A stretch of 64,000 nucleotides of DNA, taken from assembly GCA_964501355.1 (NCBI GenBank), contig CAZCSM010000001.1:10873-74872 (forward strand). Direction: 5' to 3'. How positions within the stretch are numbered: the stretch's first letter is position 1; each line of letters starts with the position of its first letter. The notes under the pieces are model-generated. The model was not told the DNA's origin. It saw only the letters and a program-made list of their open reading frames with translations, and made no database searches. Source of the stretch: an uncultured Candidatus Saccharibacteria bacterium. Its GTDB lineage: Bacteria > Patescibacteriota > Dojkabacteria > CAZCSM01. This document shows, in pieces, positions 27,474 to 37,210 of the stretch. A program made the translations under genes and the position numbers.

Positions 27474-28369
27474 CTTTTACTTTTCTTACTAAAAACTCTA
27501 AATAGAATTCCAAACGCTTTTTCAATGGATTTTTCAAGTTCAATAAGTTCTTCTTCTCCACTTTTGGTAACTTCATCATTTTTTGTAAATTTGTTTACGA
27601 AGTTATCATACCTTTGTTCCATCTTTATCAATAGCTCATCCAGTTTCTTATCTTTTACATCATCATAATCAGCAAATTCATAATCGATCTTCGAGTCTTG
27701 AGTTACTTTTCCTTTTATCGCAATTACAATTCCAGCTCGAAGGTATTTAATAAGTAGTCCCAATCGACCTTCTTTTTTTAACCGTCGATTCCCAACAAGG
27801 ATGTATGAGTTGTTGAGAATTCTAAACTTCCCATATCTTGCGCACTCCTTAGAAAAATGAAAATCTTCACCAATCTTTATTTCATTATCGAAGCCGGATG
27901 TTTTGTTGTAAATATCTTTTTTTACGAGGGTGCAAAATCCTACCGCAATTGGATTTCTCCCAAACTGCAGGATTTTTATACCAAGTGTTACTATTCTATA
28001 ATACAATTTATCAAGGCGTATATTTTCAATTGGTCGATATTCCGTAGTGGCAATTGCAAGATTGCGTTCTTCCATTTCTTCAACGGTTTTTTCCAGAAAA
28101 TCTTTGGGAAGTTTTACATCCGCATCAAAAAAATATAGATACTCACCCTTTGCCACTTTTGCTCCATTATTTCGTCCTTCCGCAACAAGCCCGCCTTGAA
28201 TAACTTTCGCTCCAAATTCATTAGATATTTTCTCTGTTGAATCTGTGTTCTTGGGACTAATAGCAACAATTACTTCGTAATCCGTAAAGGTTTGGTCCTT
28301 GATGCTTTCAAGTAATGTTGGTAATGTTTTTTCCTCGTTAAGTGCAGGAATGATTATTGAGATTTTCAT
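27470..28369 (-). CDS. Family 2 glycosyltransferase (paralog 2 of 3)
   Basis: The motifs are MKISIIIPALNEEKTLPTLLESI and FFDADVKLP. Confidence 0.75.
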   Translation of the reverse strand: MKISIIIPALNEEKTLPTLLESIKDQTFTDYEVIVAISPKNTDSTEKISNEFGAKVIQGGLVAEGRNNGAKVAKGEYLYFFDADVKLPKDFLEKTVEEMEERNLAIATTEYRPIENIRLDKLYYRIVTLGIKILQFGRNPIAVGFCTLVKKDIYNKTSGFDNEIKIGEDFHFSKECARYGKFRILNNSYILVGNRRLKKEGRLGLLIKYLRAGIVIAIKGKVTQDSKIDYEFADYDDVKDKKLDELLIKMEQRYDNFVNKFTKNDEVTKSGEEELIELEKSIEKAFGILFRVFSKKSKR

Positions 28370-28384
28370 TTGATAACCGTTAAT

Positions 28385-29149
28385 TTATTTTTCTTCTCCG
28401 GGCTTCCCTCCGAGATCTCCGTAAAGTTTTTGGTAAAGCTTTATGTACTGCTCATTTTTGTAGAGATCGGTTTTCATTGCTAATTGACCTAGCGTCGCTA
28501 TTGCGGCAAGTCTCTTTATTGCTTTTAGCGGTTTATCATAACGCCGACCCGACATCATAATCTTTGTTTCTATCACTTTGTGTCTGTATCCATTCTTAAT
28601 TGCTCTGAGTGAAAGATCGAGGTCTTCCGGAACACCATTTGGTAGTTCCTCTCGAAACCCTCCAATTTTCTCAAAAAGATTCTTTTTAATTAGCATGCTT
28701 CCTCCTGATTCTATAAATGGCTTCGGAAGTTTGCCGCTGATTCTCTTTAGCATATTCCAAATGTGGATGGCTGTGAAAGCCGATATGTTTCTTTTTGATT
28801 CTTTGTCCGGAATTAACAGCGTTGATGAGATATCCAGCTCCTTTTCTTCAAAGAGATTGATACAATCTTCTAAATAATTCTCATCTGGGAACTCTGCATC
28901 TGCATCGACAAAATATAAGATTTCGCCGGCGGAATTCCTTGCACCATTATTTCTAGCTACTGTTATTATTCCACCATCTACAACTTTCACATTATATCTC
29001 TTTGCGACTTCTTCTGTTGCATCTGTTGTTTTTGGACTAATTGCGACAATAACTTCGTAGTCTTTGAATGTTTGCCTTTCTATGCTTTCCAGCAAGATCG
29101 GTAAATGTTTTTCTTCGTTTAGGGCAGGAATAATAATTGATACTTTCAT
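28385..29149 (-). CDS. Family 2 glycosyltransferase (paralog 3 of 3)
   Basis: The motifs are MKVSIIIPALNEEKHLPILLESI and FVDADAEFP. Confidence 0.75.
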   Translation of the reverse strand: MKVSIIIPALNEEKHLPILLESIERQTFKDYEVIVAISPKTTDATEEVAKRYNVKVVDGGIITVARNNGARNSAGEILYFVDADAEFPDENYLEDCINLFEEKELDISSTLLIPDKESKRNISAFTAIHIWNMLKRISGKLPKPFIESGGSMLIKKNLFEKIGGFREELPNGVPEDLDLSLRAIKNGYRHKVIETKIMMSGRRYDKPLKAIKRLAAIATLGQLAMKTDLYKNEQYIKLYQKLYGDLGGKPGEEK

Positions 29150-29150
29150 G

Positions 29151-29615
29151 TTAATAATTTACCTTATCTTCTTTAGTAAGCCATTCTTTCATGAGCGGCA
29201 GGCACTCGTCTCTTGCTTCCTGAACCTTCTCGACTTGTTCCTGTTCTGCCGTTCCTTTTATTACATCGTAAATGTATCTATCATCGAAACCTATTTCAGC
29301 CGCATCGTCTCTCGTGCATGCGTATGTTATCTTTTTCATTTTCGCCCAGTGAATTGCCGCAAGACACATAGGACACGGTTCACAAGTGATGTACATTTCA
29401 CAATCTGATAAATCAAATGTTTTCAGTCTTTTTGAAGCTTCGCGAATTGCATTAACTTCTGCGTGTGCGGTAGGGTCATTTGTGTAAGGGACAGTATTGT
29501 GGGCAGAAGCGATTATGTTGCCATCTCTTACAATCACCGCTCCAAACGGACCGCCATGGTTTAGTGCCAATCCTTCTTTCGCTTCCGTAAGTGCAGCTTG
29601 AATATATTTATTCAT
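29151..29615 (-). CDS. CMP/dCMP-type zinc deaminase (TadA/guanine-deaminase-like nucleoside deaminase)
   Basis: The zinc ligand motifs HAEVNAIREA and CEPCPMCLAAI are present. Confidence 0.7.
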   Translation of the reverse strand: MNKYIQAALTEAKEGLALNHGGPFGAVIVRDGNIIASAHNTVPYTNDPTAHAEVNAIREASKRLKTFDLSDCEMYITCEPCPMCLAAIHWAKMKKITYACTRDDAAEIGFDDRYIYDVIKGTAEQEQVEKVQEARDECLPLMKEWLTKEDKVNY

Positions 29616-29695
29616 AATAAATTGTACTTAATGTATACACAGAATACTGGAAAAGCAGAGTTTAATAAAGTGGCGAAAAGTATCCTGGTTTGGTC

Positions 29696-30712
29696 TTAAC
29701 CGTTACCGATGATTCTTCTTCCTACAGCGTAAACTTGATATGGGTAATATAATTCCGGTTTTACAATAAGGTCATAAGCATGTTCCGGAAATAGAATTTC
29801 GGTTGGACGAAAACCCCTTTTAAAATTGCTTACCGAAGGCGTATTTTTATCAAGACTAAAGAAATCTACTCTTTTGTAACCGTTCTCTTTTGCCCATTTA
29901 ATTAATTCCCAGCGAAGTAGAGTGGGGGCTCTTGATTTAAAGGCTTCTTGAACGGATGCGCTGATGTAAGTTATTAAAGTGTTCTGTGATTCGAACTTTA
30001 CTCCGACTATTGCGCTAACCAGCTCCCCCTCATATTTTGACTCGAAAAGAATGGCCTTTCCGCTAGTTAGAAGATTTGTATAAAAATCTATTGCTCTGTC
30101 TTTGAAATCTTTGCGTGATTGCTGCTTTTCATAAAGTTTTAGGAAACTTTCAATTTGCGCCTCAGTTGGCTCCTCATAAACAGCAATAGATAATCGTTCA
30201 TCTTTAGCGGCTTTCTTAATATTGTACTTAACGTCCTTCCGAAAATTTTGAAATAACTCGTCCAGGTCTTTATCAAGCTCAACAATCATTGTTCCATCAA
30301 GCCAGGTGAATTTTTTAGGAGCTTTGTGTAAAAGACCTTCGGATTTTAGTAGCGAAGAAATTATGCTGTTCTTCTCGTTTAATAAAACGGGATAAATTTG
30401 GAGGAATATAATGTTCTGTTCCCTTAGTGTGTTTTGCAATTCTTGAAAGAACTTATGGAAAATCTCTTCGGTAACCTTTTCCGTATTAATAATCGGACCA
30501 AAGCTTCCAAGTGCAACCTTGCTCCCTTTCATAATGTTGGTTGTTGCATACTTGAAGAGAATTACAGGTTTTTCATTTTCAAAAAAACCTACATAACTGC
30601 AATTCCCGTACATTATGTCCTGGTAATTGTGTTCCGCCGACTGGATAAAATGATAATCCGAGAATTCAGATAAATATTCCTGATATGAATTTTGGTTTAA
30701 AATTTTAAGCAT
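29696..30712 (-). CDS. FemAB-family peptidyltransferase-like protein (GNAT fold)
   Basis: The C-terminal TLLRWELIKWAKENGYKRVDF resembles the FemABX consensus, and the length of about 340 aa fits the family. Confidence 0.5.
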   Translation of the reverse strand: MLKILNQNSYQEYLSEFSDYHFIQSAEHNYQDIMYGNCSYVGFFENEKPVILFKYATTNIMKGSKVALGSFGPIINTEKVTEEIFHKFFQELQNTLREQNIIFLQIYPVLLNEKNSIISSLLKSEGLLHKAPKKFTWLDGTMIVELDKDLDELFQNFRKDVKYNIKKAAKDERLSIAVYEEPTEAQIESFLKLYEKQQSRKDFKDRAIDFYTNLLTSGKAILFESKYEGELVSAIVGVKFESQNTLITYISASVQEAFKSRAPTLLRWELIKWAKENGYKRVDFFSLDKNTPSVSNFKRGFRPTEILFPEHAYDLIVKPELYYPYQVYAVGRRIIGNG

Positions 30713-30777
30713 TTTTCCACTCCTTTAACTCATATTAGCGGAATATTAGGAAAATTGTAATAGCTTTTGGTGGAGGA

Positions 30778-31671
30778 TTAATGAATTTGGAGATCTTTTT
30801 CTATTTCAAGCCGAAGTCCATCATCAATTGTCATAACATTAGAAAGTAATTTTTCGAATAGGACGTTATTAAGCTTGATTTTTTTACAAAGCTGAAATGA
30901 TTCCATAAAGTATAACTGGGGAATAAATGCTATGGTCTTAAGTATTTTATCCGGGATAGTTTTGCATTCGTGATTATAAACGATCTTTTCTTCTAGGTAC
31001 GATCTTTTAACACTTTCTGTCATTGTTTCCTGCCTACTATCTACGTTATTTTTCTCAAACAATTTAATTTGAATGTTTATCTCGCACGCAATTGTTATTT
31101 TATCTGCATCGCGTATAAACTTAGCAAACTTATTGTCTCCCTTATAAAATGCTTTGCTGTGTTCACCAAGTGCTTCTATTAATTCGTCAATTGTAAAATG
31201 TTGCGCAAGAATATTTTTTATTGTTTTATCCTCCTTCACCTTCTGATCGATCAGCATTGCTGATAATTCAGCGTGATTCTTCGGATTATTTTCATCTTGA
31301 TATGGCTCATGAAACCTTCCTATGTCATGGAGTAGGGCAAGTATCAGTGCTTGTTCAATTGTAATTAGACTTTTGTTCTGTTCATAAATCATTGCACTTA
31401 CTACCATTGCATAATCCGTATGAACAATTTTGTGTCGAAGCATTCGGAACTTTGAGTCTATTTCCTTTTTATTTTCAATAACTTGTTTTGCTTTGACCGC
31501 TTCCTGCAAGAACCAATCTATAAGTTCGCTTGGGACTTTCTTCCAATATTCTTCTGAATAGTTTTTCAAAATAGGGAAGGTGTAATTTTGAGGATTCTCG
31601 ATTTGTGTTCTAATTAATTCGTGGGGAATTCGTGTTATAGGTATGAACTCTTGTGTAAAAAAGTAAGCCAC
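30778..31671 (-). CDS. HD-domain phosphohydrolase
   Basis: The HD motif is LALLHDIGR and a downstream His is present. Confidence 0.6.
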   Translation of the reverse strand: MAYFFTQEFIPITRIPHELIRTQIENPQNYTFPILKNYSEEYWKKVPSELIDWFLQEAVKAKQVIENKKEIDSKFRMLRHKIVHTDYAMVVSAMIYEQNKSLITIEQALILALLHDIGRFHEPYQDENNPKNHAELSAMLIDQKVKEDKTIKNILAQHFTIDELIEALGEHSKAFYKGDNKFAKFIRDADKITIACEINIQIKLFEKNNVDSRQETMTESVKRSYLEEKIVYNHECKTIPDKILKTIAFIPQLYFMESFQLCKKIKLNNVLFEKLLSNVMTIDDGLRLEIEKDLQIH

Positions 31672-31791
31672 AGTTTAGATTAATAATTTATGATTGCAGC
31701 AATTTTAAGCTATTGGCAATTTTGAAGCAAGGGGAAGATGGATTCTTGATGAGAATGAGATGGCGGAGAGCATGGGACGATCTTGGAACTT

Positions 31792-32745
31792 TTATTTTGG
31801 GTTTCGGTAAGCACTTTCGGGTAGATTGAGTTCATCGTTTAATACCATCTCTCTTAAAGCTCTTACACCTCTGACCATTTCTAAATGCCATCTCAGTCTA
31901 TTATTCTGCCAAAGTTCCCTCCTAACATCTAATGGTATACCTTTAAGATACGCTTCTATCGAAGCGTACCCAACAGAGTCTTGCCACTCTCCGTGTTTTG
32001 CTACGGCTTCTGCAATTTTTTCTTCTGGAACACCAAGTTCTCTCATAGCGCCTATAGACACATGTGAGTATGCTGTCTTTTTTGAATCGATACCTTCTGC
32101 CGACACTTTGCTATATGGGGACCTTGGATCAAATACATTCTCTGCATGCCTAATCAAAGGGTCTCTACTACTTATTGAAGGTTTCGTGCCTAATATATGA
32201 GCGTATTCATCTGCCTGGCAATTTTGAGCATATGCTTCGTGTAATTCTACAGCAGTCGTATAAGATATTCCTCTCTCTGTTTCCCCTAATAAATTATTTA
32301 ATGCTCTTTGATGCCCCCGTTCATGTTCTATTGTATGATTTCCGAAACTTCCAGATCGAATAAACTTTCTTCCGGAAAGAAATGAGATTGTGTCAAAAAG
32401 ATCTTTATTGATTTTAATTTTTAATGAAAGTCCACAGGTACCATTTGCCCGAAGACCTTCCACAATGGAGATGAGTTCTCTCGTAACGCCTCCCTTATGT
32501 CTAATTAGATATAAGCCCTCATCTTGATGTGTCATATCAAACAGGCTGGATAATGGTCCGTTGCGTCCGATTATTTTATCCGAAAGTATTGCAAGACCAG
32601 GAAGATTAAGCTCATCAAGACGACTTTTAATTTCATGATACGGAGGTAATTCTGTGTATTCTTCTTGAATAGCAGATTCAAGAACTGCACGTTCACCCTC
32701 CCAATTTAATCTATCCTTATCTGGCGTTTCTTCTCCCAAAATCAT
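31792..32745 (-). CDS. Hypothetical protein with HExxH-like motif (HERGH); possible zinc metallopeptidase
   Basis: It is an intact 317-aa ORF. The HTIEHERGHQ segment contains HExxH. I cannot assign any other family. Confidence 0.35.
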   Translation of the reverse strand: MILGEETPDKDRLNWEGERAVLESAIQEEYTELPPYHEIKSRLDELNLPGLAILSDKIIGRNGPLSSLFDMTHQDEGLYLIRHKGGVTRELISIVEGLRANGTCGLSLKIKINKDLFDTISFLSGRKFIRSGSFGNHTIEHERGHQRALNNLLGETERGISYTTAVELHEAYAQNCQADEYAHILGTKPSISSRDPLIRHAENVFDPRSPYSKVSAEGIDSKKTAYSHVSIGAMRELGVPEEKIAEAVAKHGEWQDSVGYASIEAYLKGIPLDVRRELWQNNRLRWHLEMVRGVRALREMVLNDELNLPESAYRNPK

Positions 32746-33124
32746 ATAAATTCTAATTTATATAAATATAATAACGCAAAGTAAATAAATTCCCAAGCAT
32801 AAAATGCGCAACAGAGACTGAGTGGATTGTTTTAAAGCTCTGGCGGGGTGCGTGGGACAAAGTTCGAACCTTTTTCCTTTCACATCCTCTTACAAGGATA
32901 TATGTTCCGCAACTTTCTTTCAAGTTTGTTTCTCCAATTAATCTCGATTTAAATTATTAAATTAATACTATGTATTATAAAAGAGGTAAAGGTGCTAGGT
33001 ATTACAGAAATTCAGGATTTAGGAGTTATGGATGTTTGAGTAGTTTATTGCCATTCCCTTTTCAAATACTTTTTATCGCTTTAGGTACTGTACTTCACAG
33101 AATTTATAAAAAACAATAAAGATC

Positions 33125-33484
33125 CTATTCCTTAACCACATCTTCAATATGCCAAGCAGGTGAAGTAATAGTAACCATTCGATTTTTGTCTGAGCCATCA
33201 ATTATCTGATGTTTTTCAAAAGGATCAAAAGTGATTAAATCACCCTTATCTAGCAGTATCTTAGATATTTTTCCAGTTTTAATATTTTCTACTTTTAAAT
33301 TGACCCAACCTTCTAGCATCCAGTAACACTTTTTAGCTTTTTTATGATAATGAGCATCAGTAGATTTAATATTTTCAGATAAAACAATGCCGAAAGGAAA
33401 GTCCTTTTGATTTATTACTTCGAGGATCAGTCCACAAGTATCACTTTGAATTTGGTTTTGTTGTTTACGTTTAATTACTTTCAT
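33125..33484 (-). CDS. Cupin-domain protein
   Basis: The size is small. The YHKKAKKCYWMLEGW...GDLITFDPFEKHQ pattern resembles the two cupin motifs. Confidence 0.5.
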   Translation of the reverse strand: MKVIKRKQQNQIQSDTCGLILEVINQKDFPFGIVLSENIKSTDAHYHKKAKKCYWMLEGWVNLKVENIKTGKISKILLDKGDLITFDPFEKHQIIDGSDKNRMVTITSPAWHIEDVVKE

Positions 33485-33500
33485 TTACTATTAGATTCTT

Positions 33501-34109
33501 TCAAGTATTAATTAGCGAAAACTTCATATGCTTACCAACACCAACATTTTTCAATTTCTTTATCAAACATGCAACTTCCGTTACCTGTTTATCTGTTGAA
33601 TTGTAGATCGGTTGTTCCACATTATTAATCTTTGAAACAGCGATTCTGATTGAATCAAAAAGCCTCTTTTCTGATTTACAGTCCAGTTCGATTCCAAAAC
33701 CAATTTTCCCTCTACAATGTATAGAACCACAAGTACAATTCATTTCCCACTTTTCAGAGCTATAAAATAATCCATAATCCAAAGTAATTTCATCCCCGAT
33801 ATTAATATCTTTAATAGCAATATCAAGATAATGTCCTTGTACGTAAATGGGCATAATATTGGGACCGCAAGAATGATTTGTATATGGACCCGTCTCTGTT
33901 TCCACCCAATTCCCAAACTCATCTTCCACAGCAAATTCTACTAAATGATCCTTTTTATCTTTTGAAAGTTTCTCAAACCGATCTTTTGAGATTTTAATAT
34001 CTTTAGAGCTATAACAATACACTATTGTCCCCATAGGAACGAACTGATCAGCAAAGTAACCTTTGCCATGAATTGTTGAATCTTTTACTTTAACTTTTAT
34101 TAAATACAT
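33501..34109 (-). CDS. SET-domain protein (putative protein-lysine methyltransferase) with post-SET Cys cluster
   Basis: The motifs are GKGYFA, NHSCGPN, EITLDYG and CTCGSIHCRG. The track ORF extends to 34163, but the likely start is the internal Met (MYLIKVK). Confidence 0.6.
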   Translation of the reverse strand: MYLIKVKVKDSTIHGKGYFADQFVPMGTIVYCYSSKDIKISKDRFEKLSKDKKDHLVEFAVEDEFGNWVETETGPYTNHSCGPNIMPIYVQGHYLDIAIKDINIGDEITLDYGLFYSSEKWEMNCTCGSIHCRGKIGFGIELDCKSEKRLFDSIRIAVSKINNVEQPIYNSTDKQVTEVACLIKKLKNVGVGKHMKFSLINT

Positions 34110-34986
34110 GATTTTTATTAACAAATTTATAATTGTTATTTTCTTCTGTAATATAACCAGCAACTGGATACGGAAAGTGAGTTCCTATAATTAATGTATC
34201 AGTATTTGCATATTCCTTCAGAAACTTTGTACGTGTCTCAATTGTTTGTTCAGGATACGTATCTGCAAGGGTAGTCCATTTAATTTGAGCAATTTGGCAA
34301 GGATGATGCATTACATCGCCCGAAATAATGGCTTTTTTACCTTTAGATTCAATAACAACACTTATATGATGTGGTGTATGTCCAGGTGTGGGAATAAATC
34401 TTATATTTGAATCGAGTCTATAATCATCAGAAATAAACTTCACTAAACCTGCATCTACAATAGGAGAAACTGAATCATCAAAGCCATTAAAATCATCGAT
34501 CACTTCTTTTTCAGGTTTTTTTACCCAATAGTTATACTCATCTTGAGAAAAAAGATACTGAGCATTTTTAAAAGTTGGAACCCATTTACCATTTTCAAGT
34601 GTAGTATTCCAACCCACATGATCGAAATGTAAATGAGTGCATACAACAAAATCAATCTTATCAGGACTTATGTCAATGTTTTTGAATTTATCAAGAAACC
34701 TAGTATTCAATTTCCCCCAAGTTGGCATTCCTGGTCTATCTTTATGGTTTCCATTGCAAGTATCAACCAATATGTATTTACCACTTGATTTAATCATAAA
34801 GCTTTGCACTTGAGCTTTTAGATTCCCTTTTTCTCCAATAAAATGTTTTTTAAGCCATTCGATTTTTAAGACAGCTTCAGGTCTTGCTTCTGGGATAAAT
34901 GTACTGAAAAGTTCATTATCGACCATTTCAACTAGCTGAAATATTTCAACATCGCCGATTTTCCATTTTAAGTTTTCTTTTTGCAT
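34090..34986 (-). CDS. MBL-fold metallo-hydrolase
   Basis: The HxHxDH motif is VVCTHLHFDHVGW, and downstream His residues are present. Confidence 0.65.
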   Translation of the reverse strand: MQKENLKWKIGDVEIFQLVEMVDNELFSTFIPEARPEAVLKIEWLKKHFIGEKGNLKAQVQSFMIKSSGKYILVDTCNGNHKDRPGMPTWGKLNTRFLDKFKNIDISPDKIDFVVCTHLHFDHVGWNTTLENGKWVPTFKNAQYLFSQDEYNYWVKKPEKEVIDDFNGFDDSVSPIVDAGLVKFISDDYRLDSNIRFIPTPGHTPHHISVVIESKGKKAIISGDVMHHPCQIAQIKWTTLADTYPEQTIETRTKFLKEYANTDTLIIGTHFPYPVAGYITEENNNYKFVNKNHVFNKS

Positions 34987-35002
34987 AATTCTTCTTTAAT
35001 AT

Positions 35003-35713
35003 TTAAAGAGGATAAATTGTTCCATCATACCTTAAAAATTTACCATTAAATTCTTCTTTCCAATTCTGTGTTATTTTTATAATCCTTTGTGCTTGAACTT
35101 CTGGTTTATCCGTTCCAGAGGGATTCATATCTGTTTGAACACTCCCCGGATGTACGGTAAAGGTTTTGATATTTTCAGGAAGATCAAATAATGAGCAAAA
35201 AACCATCATATTTAAAGCGCATTTACTTGCTCTGTATCCATAATTCCCTGAGGTGTTTTCATTTTCATCATGATATGAACCTCTAGCACTAGAAATGTTC
35301 ACCACATAAGAAGGATCGCTTTTCAATAATGGTAAAAAGGTCTTAATTACAAGTAAAGGAGATATCGTATTAACATCATACATTCTTATCAACGAATCTC
35401 TGTCTAAATCCTTCAAATTGCATACTAATTCTTTTTTATTGTTTGTAGCCGAGTCTTTATTAAGACCTGCATTGTTAATAAGATAATCAAGGGTTTTAGT
35501 ACTTTTTGAGATTTCTTTAAATGCGTCTGATATCGATATATCATCAGAAATGTCTATTTTTATTATTTTTAAGTTCTCATTCTTCACTAAATCTCTATCA
35601 AATTGTTCAGGTTTTCTCGCACCAGCAAAAACCAAGAAATTTTCTTTTAGAAAGTATTTAACAAAACCTTTTCCGAGTCCTCTATTAGAACCGGTGATAA
35701 AAACTGATTTCAT
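35003..35713 (-). CDS. SDR-family oxidoreductase
   Basis: The motifs are ITGSNRGLGKG, NNAG and YRASKCAL. Confidence 0.8.
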   Translation of the reverse strand: MKSVFITGSNRGLGKGFVKYFLKENFLVFAGARKPEQFDRDLVKNENLKIIKIDISDDISISDAFKEISKSTKTLDYLINNAGLNKDSATNNKKELVCNLKDLDRDSLIRMYDVNTISPLLVIKTFLPLLKSDPSYVVNISSARGSYHDENENTSGNYGYRASKCALNMMVFCSLFDLPENIKTFTVHPGSVQTDMNPSGTDKPEVQAQRIIKITQNWKEEFNGKFLRYDGTIYPL

Positions 35714-35731
35714 TTTCTTTGTTGTAATAAA

Positions 35732-36223
35732 TTAAGTAGATTTTATCCTCTCGACTTCTTTTAATACAGGTCTTTTAGGAAATTTAGCCCTTGTCTTTTC
35801 ATTGAGTTTTAAAATCAACATTGGAAATATGTCTCTATCGATAACACTTGTGTCCCAATTGACTTTAGGATAATTATTCGTAAACGCTTCTAGTCCTTCT
35901 TGTGGCACTATTTCGATGTGTTCCCAATATGAATCAAGTACTTGTCCTTCTTTTGGTGAAACAATCTCAACTGCTTCTATAGTATGATGTAGATACTTAA
36001 GAGGTTTAAAGAGTTTAAAAATTGCGACTTTCTTTTCACCAACTTGAACATCGTGTTTAATTTCCCCAATATTTTTAAGCTCTTCCTTCTTCTTCTCATA
36101 ATCTTCTAAAGAAGAAGCCTGATAGCCTAAATGATCAATATATAAAACGCTTGTATCTATACCAAGTTTGTCCAATTTCTCCGTTATTGTGTCAATAAAT
36201 TCTTTGTAATTATCAAGTATCAT
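35732..36223 (-). CDS. YecM-like (VOC-fold) protein
   Basis: VAIFKLFKPLKYLHHTIEAVEIVSP...YWEHIEIVP parallels E. coli YecM (ICLFKLHEPVQVAHWQFSIVELPWP...GWEHIEIVLP). Confidence 0.45.
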   Translation of the reverse strand: MILDNYKEFIDTITEKLDKLGIDTSVLYIDHLGYQASSLEDYEKKKEELKNIGEIKHDVQVGEKKVAIFKLFKPLKYLHHTIEAVEIVSPKEGQVLDSYWEHIEIVPQEGLEAFTNNYPKVNWDTSVIDRDIFPMLILKLNEKTRAKFPKRPVLKEVERIKST

Positions 36224-36244
36224 TATTTTTTTATTAATAATTTA

Positions 36245-37189
36245 TCATTTACTTTTTTTATATTCTTGAATATATTTTCCAAATATTTTTGCAAACTTTA
36301 TAGTTTGATCTAAAAGCCACTTAAAATATTCTTCTTGTTTTTCTTGATTGAATAAATCATCAGCAGGTGCTTTTGTTTTTATCATTGAAGCTTTATTTGC
36401 ATCAGTCCAATCAAGTTTTACCTCAAGTATCTTTTCTATATTCTCTTTTCTTTCTTGTAGAAAACCAAAAAACTCTTTGTTTTTATCAATATATAACTCA
36501 CACCCCATTAAGTTTTCTCTCGTATTTATAGTTAAAGCGACATGAGCTTCGGATGATCCGATGCTAATATCATACCAATGCTGAGGTCTTGGTGTTCTCA
36601 GCTTAACTTTTGAATTGTTAGAGGAAACGTAATTCTTAAAACGAGTCCAAAACTCCAATTGTTGAAGTTTTGTGTTTGTTAAATCACCATTTGCAGGATA
36701 ACCTTTTATTGCCTTTGCCCATTCATTTGGGCTGACGACAATTTCGAATTTGGGAGCAGGATTTGAATTCTCAATTTGCCAAAGCTCTACTTTTATTAGA
36801 AAGAAGCCAATATTCTCATCTGTATGCTCATTCAGCCAATCGATAGCTTTCTGATGTTCTTCTCTATAATCTCTTACTACCCACAAAATTAATTCGGCGT
36901 CATAACCAGAAGCATAAGTGATAATTTTCCCTAAATGATCATGATTAGTATCTTCAAGTTGATTTTCAATAATTATTTTTCTTCCAGTCCCTTCTTCTTC
37001 AGCTAAAATATCTACATTAAATTTGCCGACATTCGCCTCTGTTTGAACAAGTTTAATAATTACCCCAATTTCATCACTAAGTAGATCCAAATTCTCTTGT
37101 TCTGACAACCATCGTGTAAAATCGAGTGCCTCATGTCCCCAAACGTCTCTCAAGTCAATTTTTGTTAATTTAGATAATGGTTTTTTCAT
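36245..37189 (-). CDS. PD-(D/E)xK-like nuclease-family protein with DUF4268-like C-terminal region
   Basis: There is a hydrophobic core around FNVDILAEEEGTGRKIIIENQLEDTNHDHLGKIITYASG. The C-terminal LQQLEFWTRFKNY pattern is present. This is a family often found in RM and defence neighbourhoods. The assignment is from memory only. Confidence 0.35.
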   Translation of the reverse strand: MKKPLSKLTKIDLRDVWGHEALDFTRWLSEQENLDLLSDEIGVIIKLVQTEANVGKFNVDILAEEEGTGRKIIIENQLEDTNHDHLGKIITYASGYDAELILWVVRDYREEHQKAIDWLNEHTDENIGFFLIKVELWQIENSNPAPKFEIVVSPNEWAKAIKGYPANGDLTNTKLQQLEFWTRFKNYVSSNNSKVKLRTPRPQHWYDISIGSSEAHVALTINTRENLMGCELYIDKNKEFFGFLQERKENIEKILEVKLDWTDANKASMIKTKAPADDLFNQEKQEEYFKWLLDQTIKFAKIFGKYIQEYKKSK

Positions 37190-37210
37190 TTGTAATATTT
37201 AATAATTAAA

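Noticed and set aside
26566-29408. Plus-strand ORFs inside the GT2 genes (26566..26913, 27142..27384, 27857..28138, 28578..28877, 29064..29408)
   Set aside because: They are antisense to three strongly supported GT2 paralogs and translate to low-complexity Phe/Ser-rich sequence.
32830-32885. Possible tRNA gene (GTTCGAACC T-loop-like motif)
   Set aside because: Only a T-arm-like segment of 4 bp plus a wobble pair is present. No D-arm, anticodon arm or acceptor stem can be built within 90 nt on either strand. I keep it only as a possible att-site remnant in the findings.
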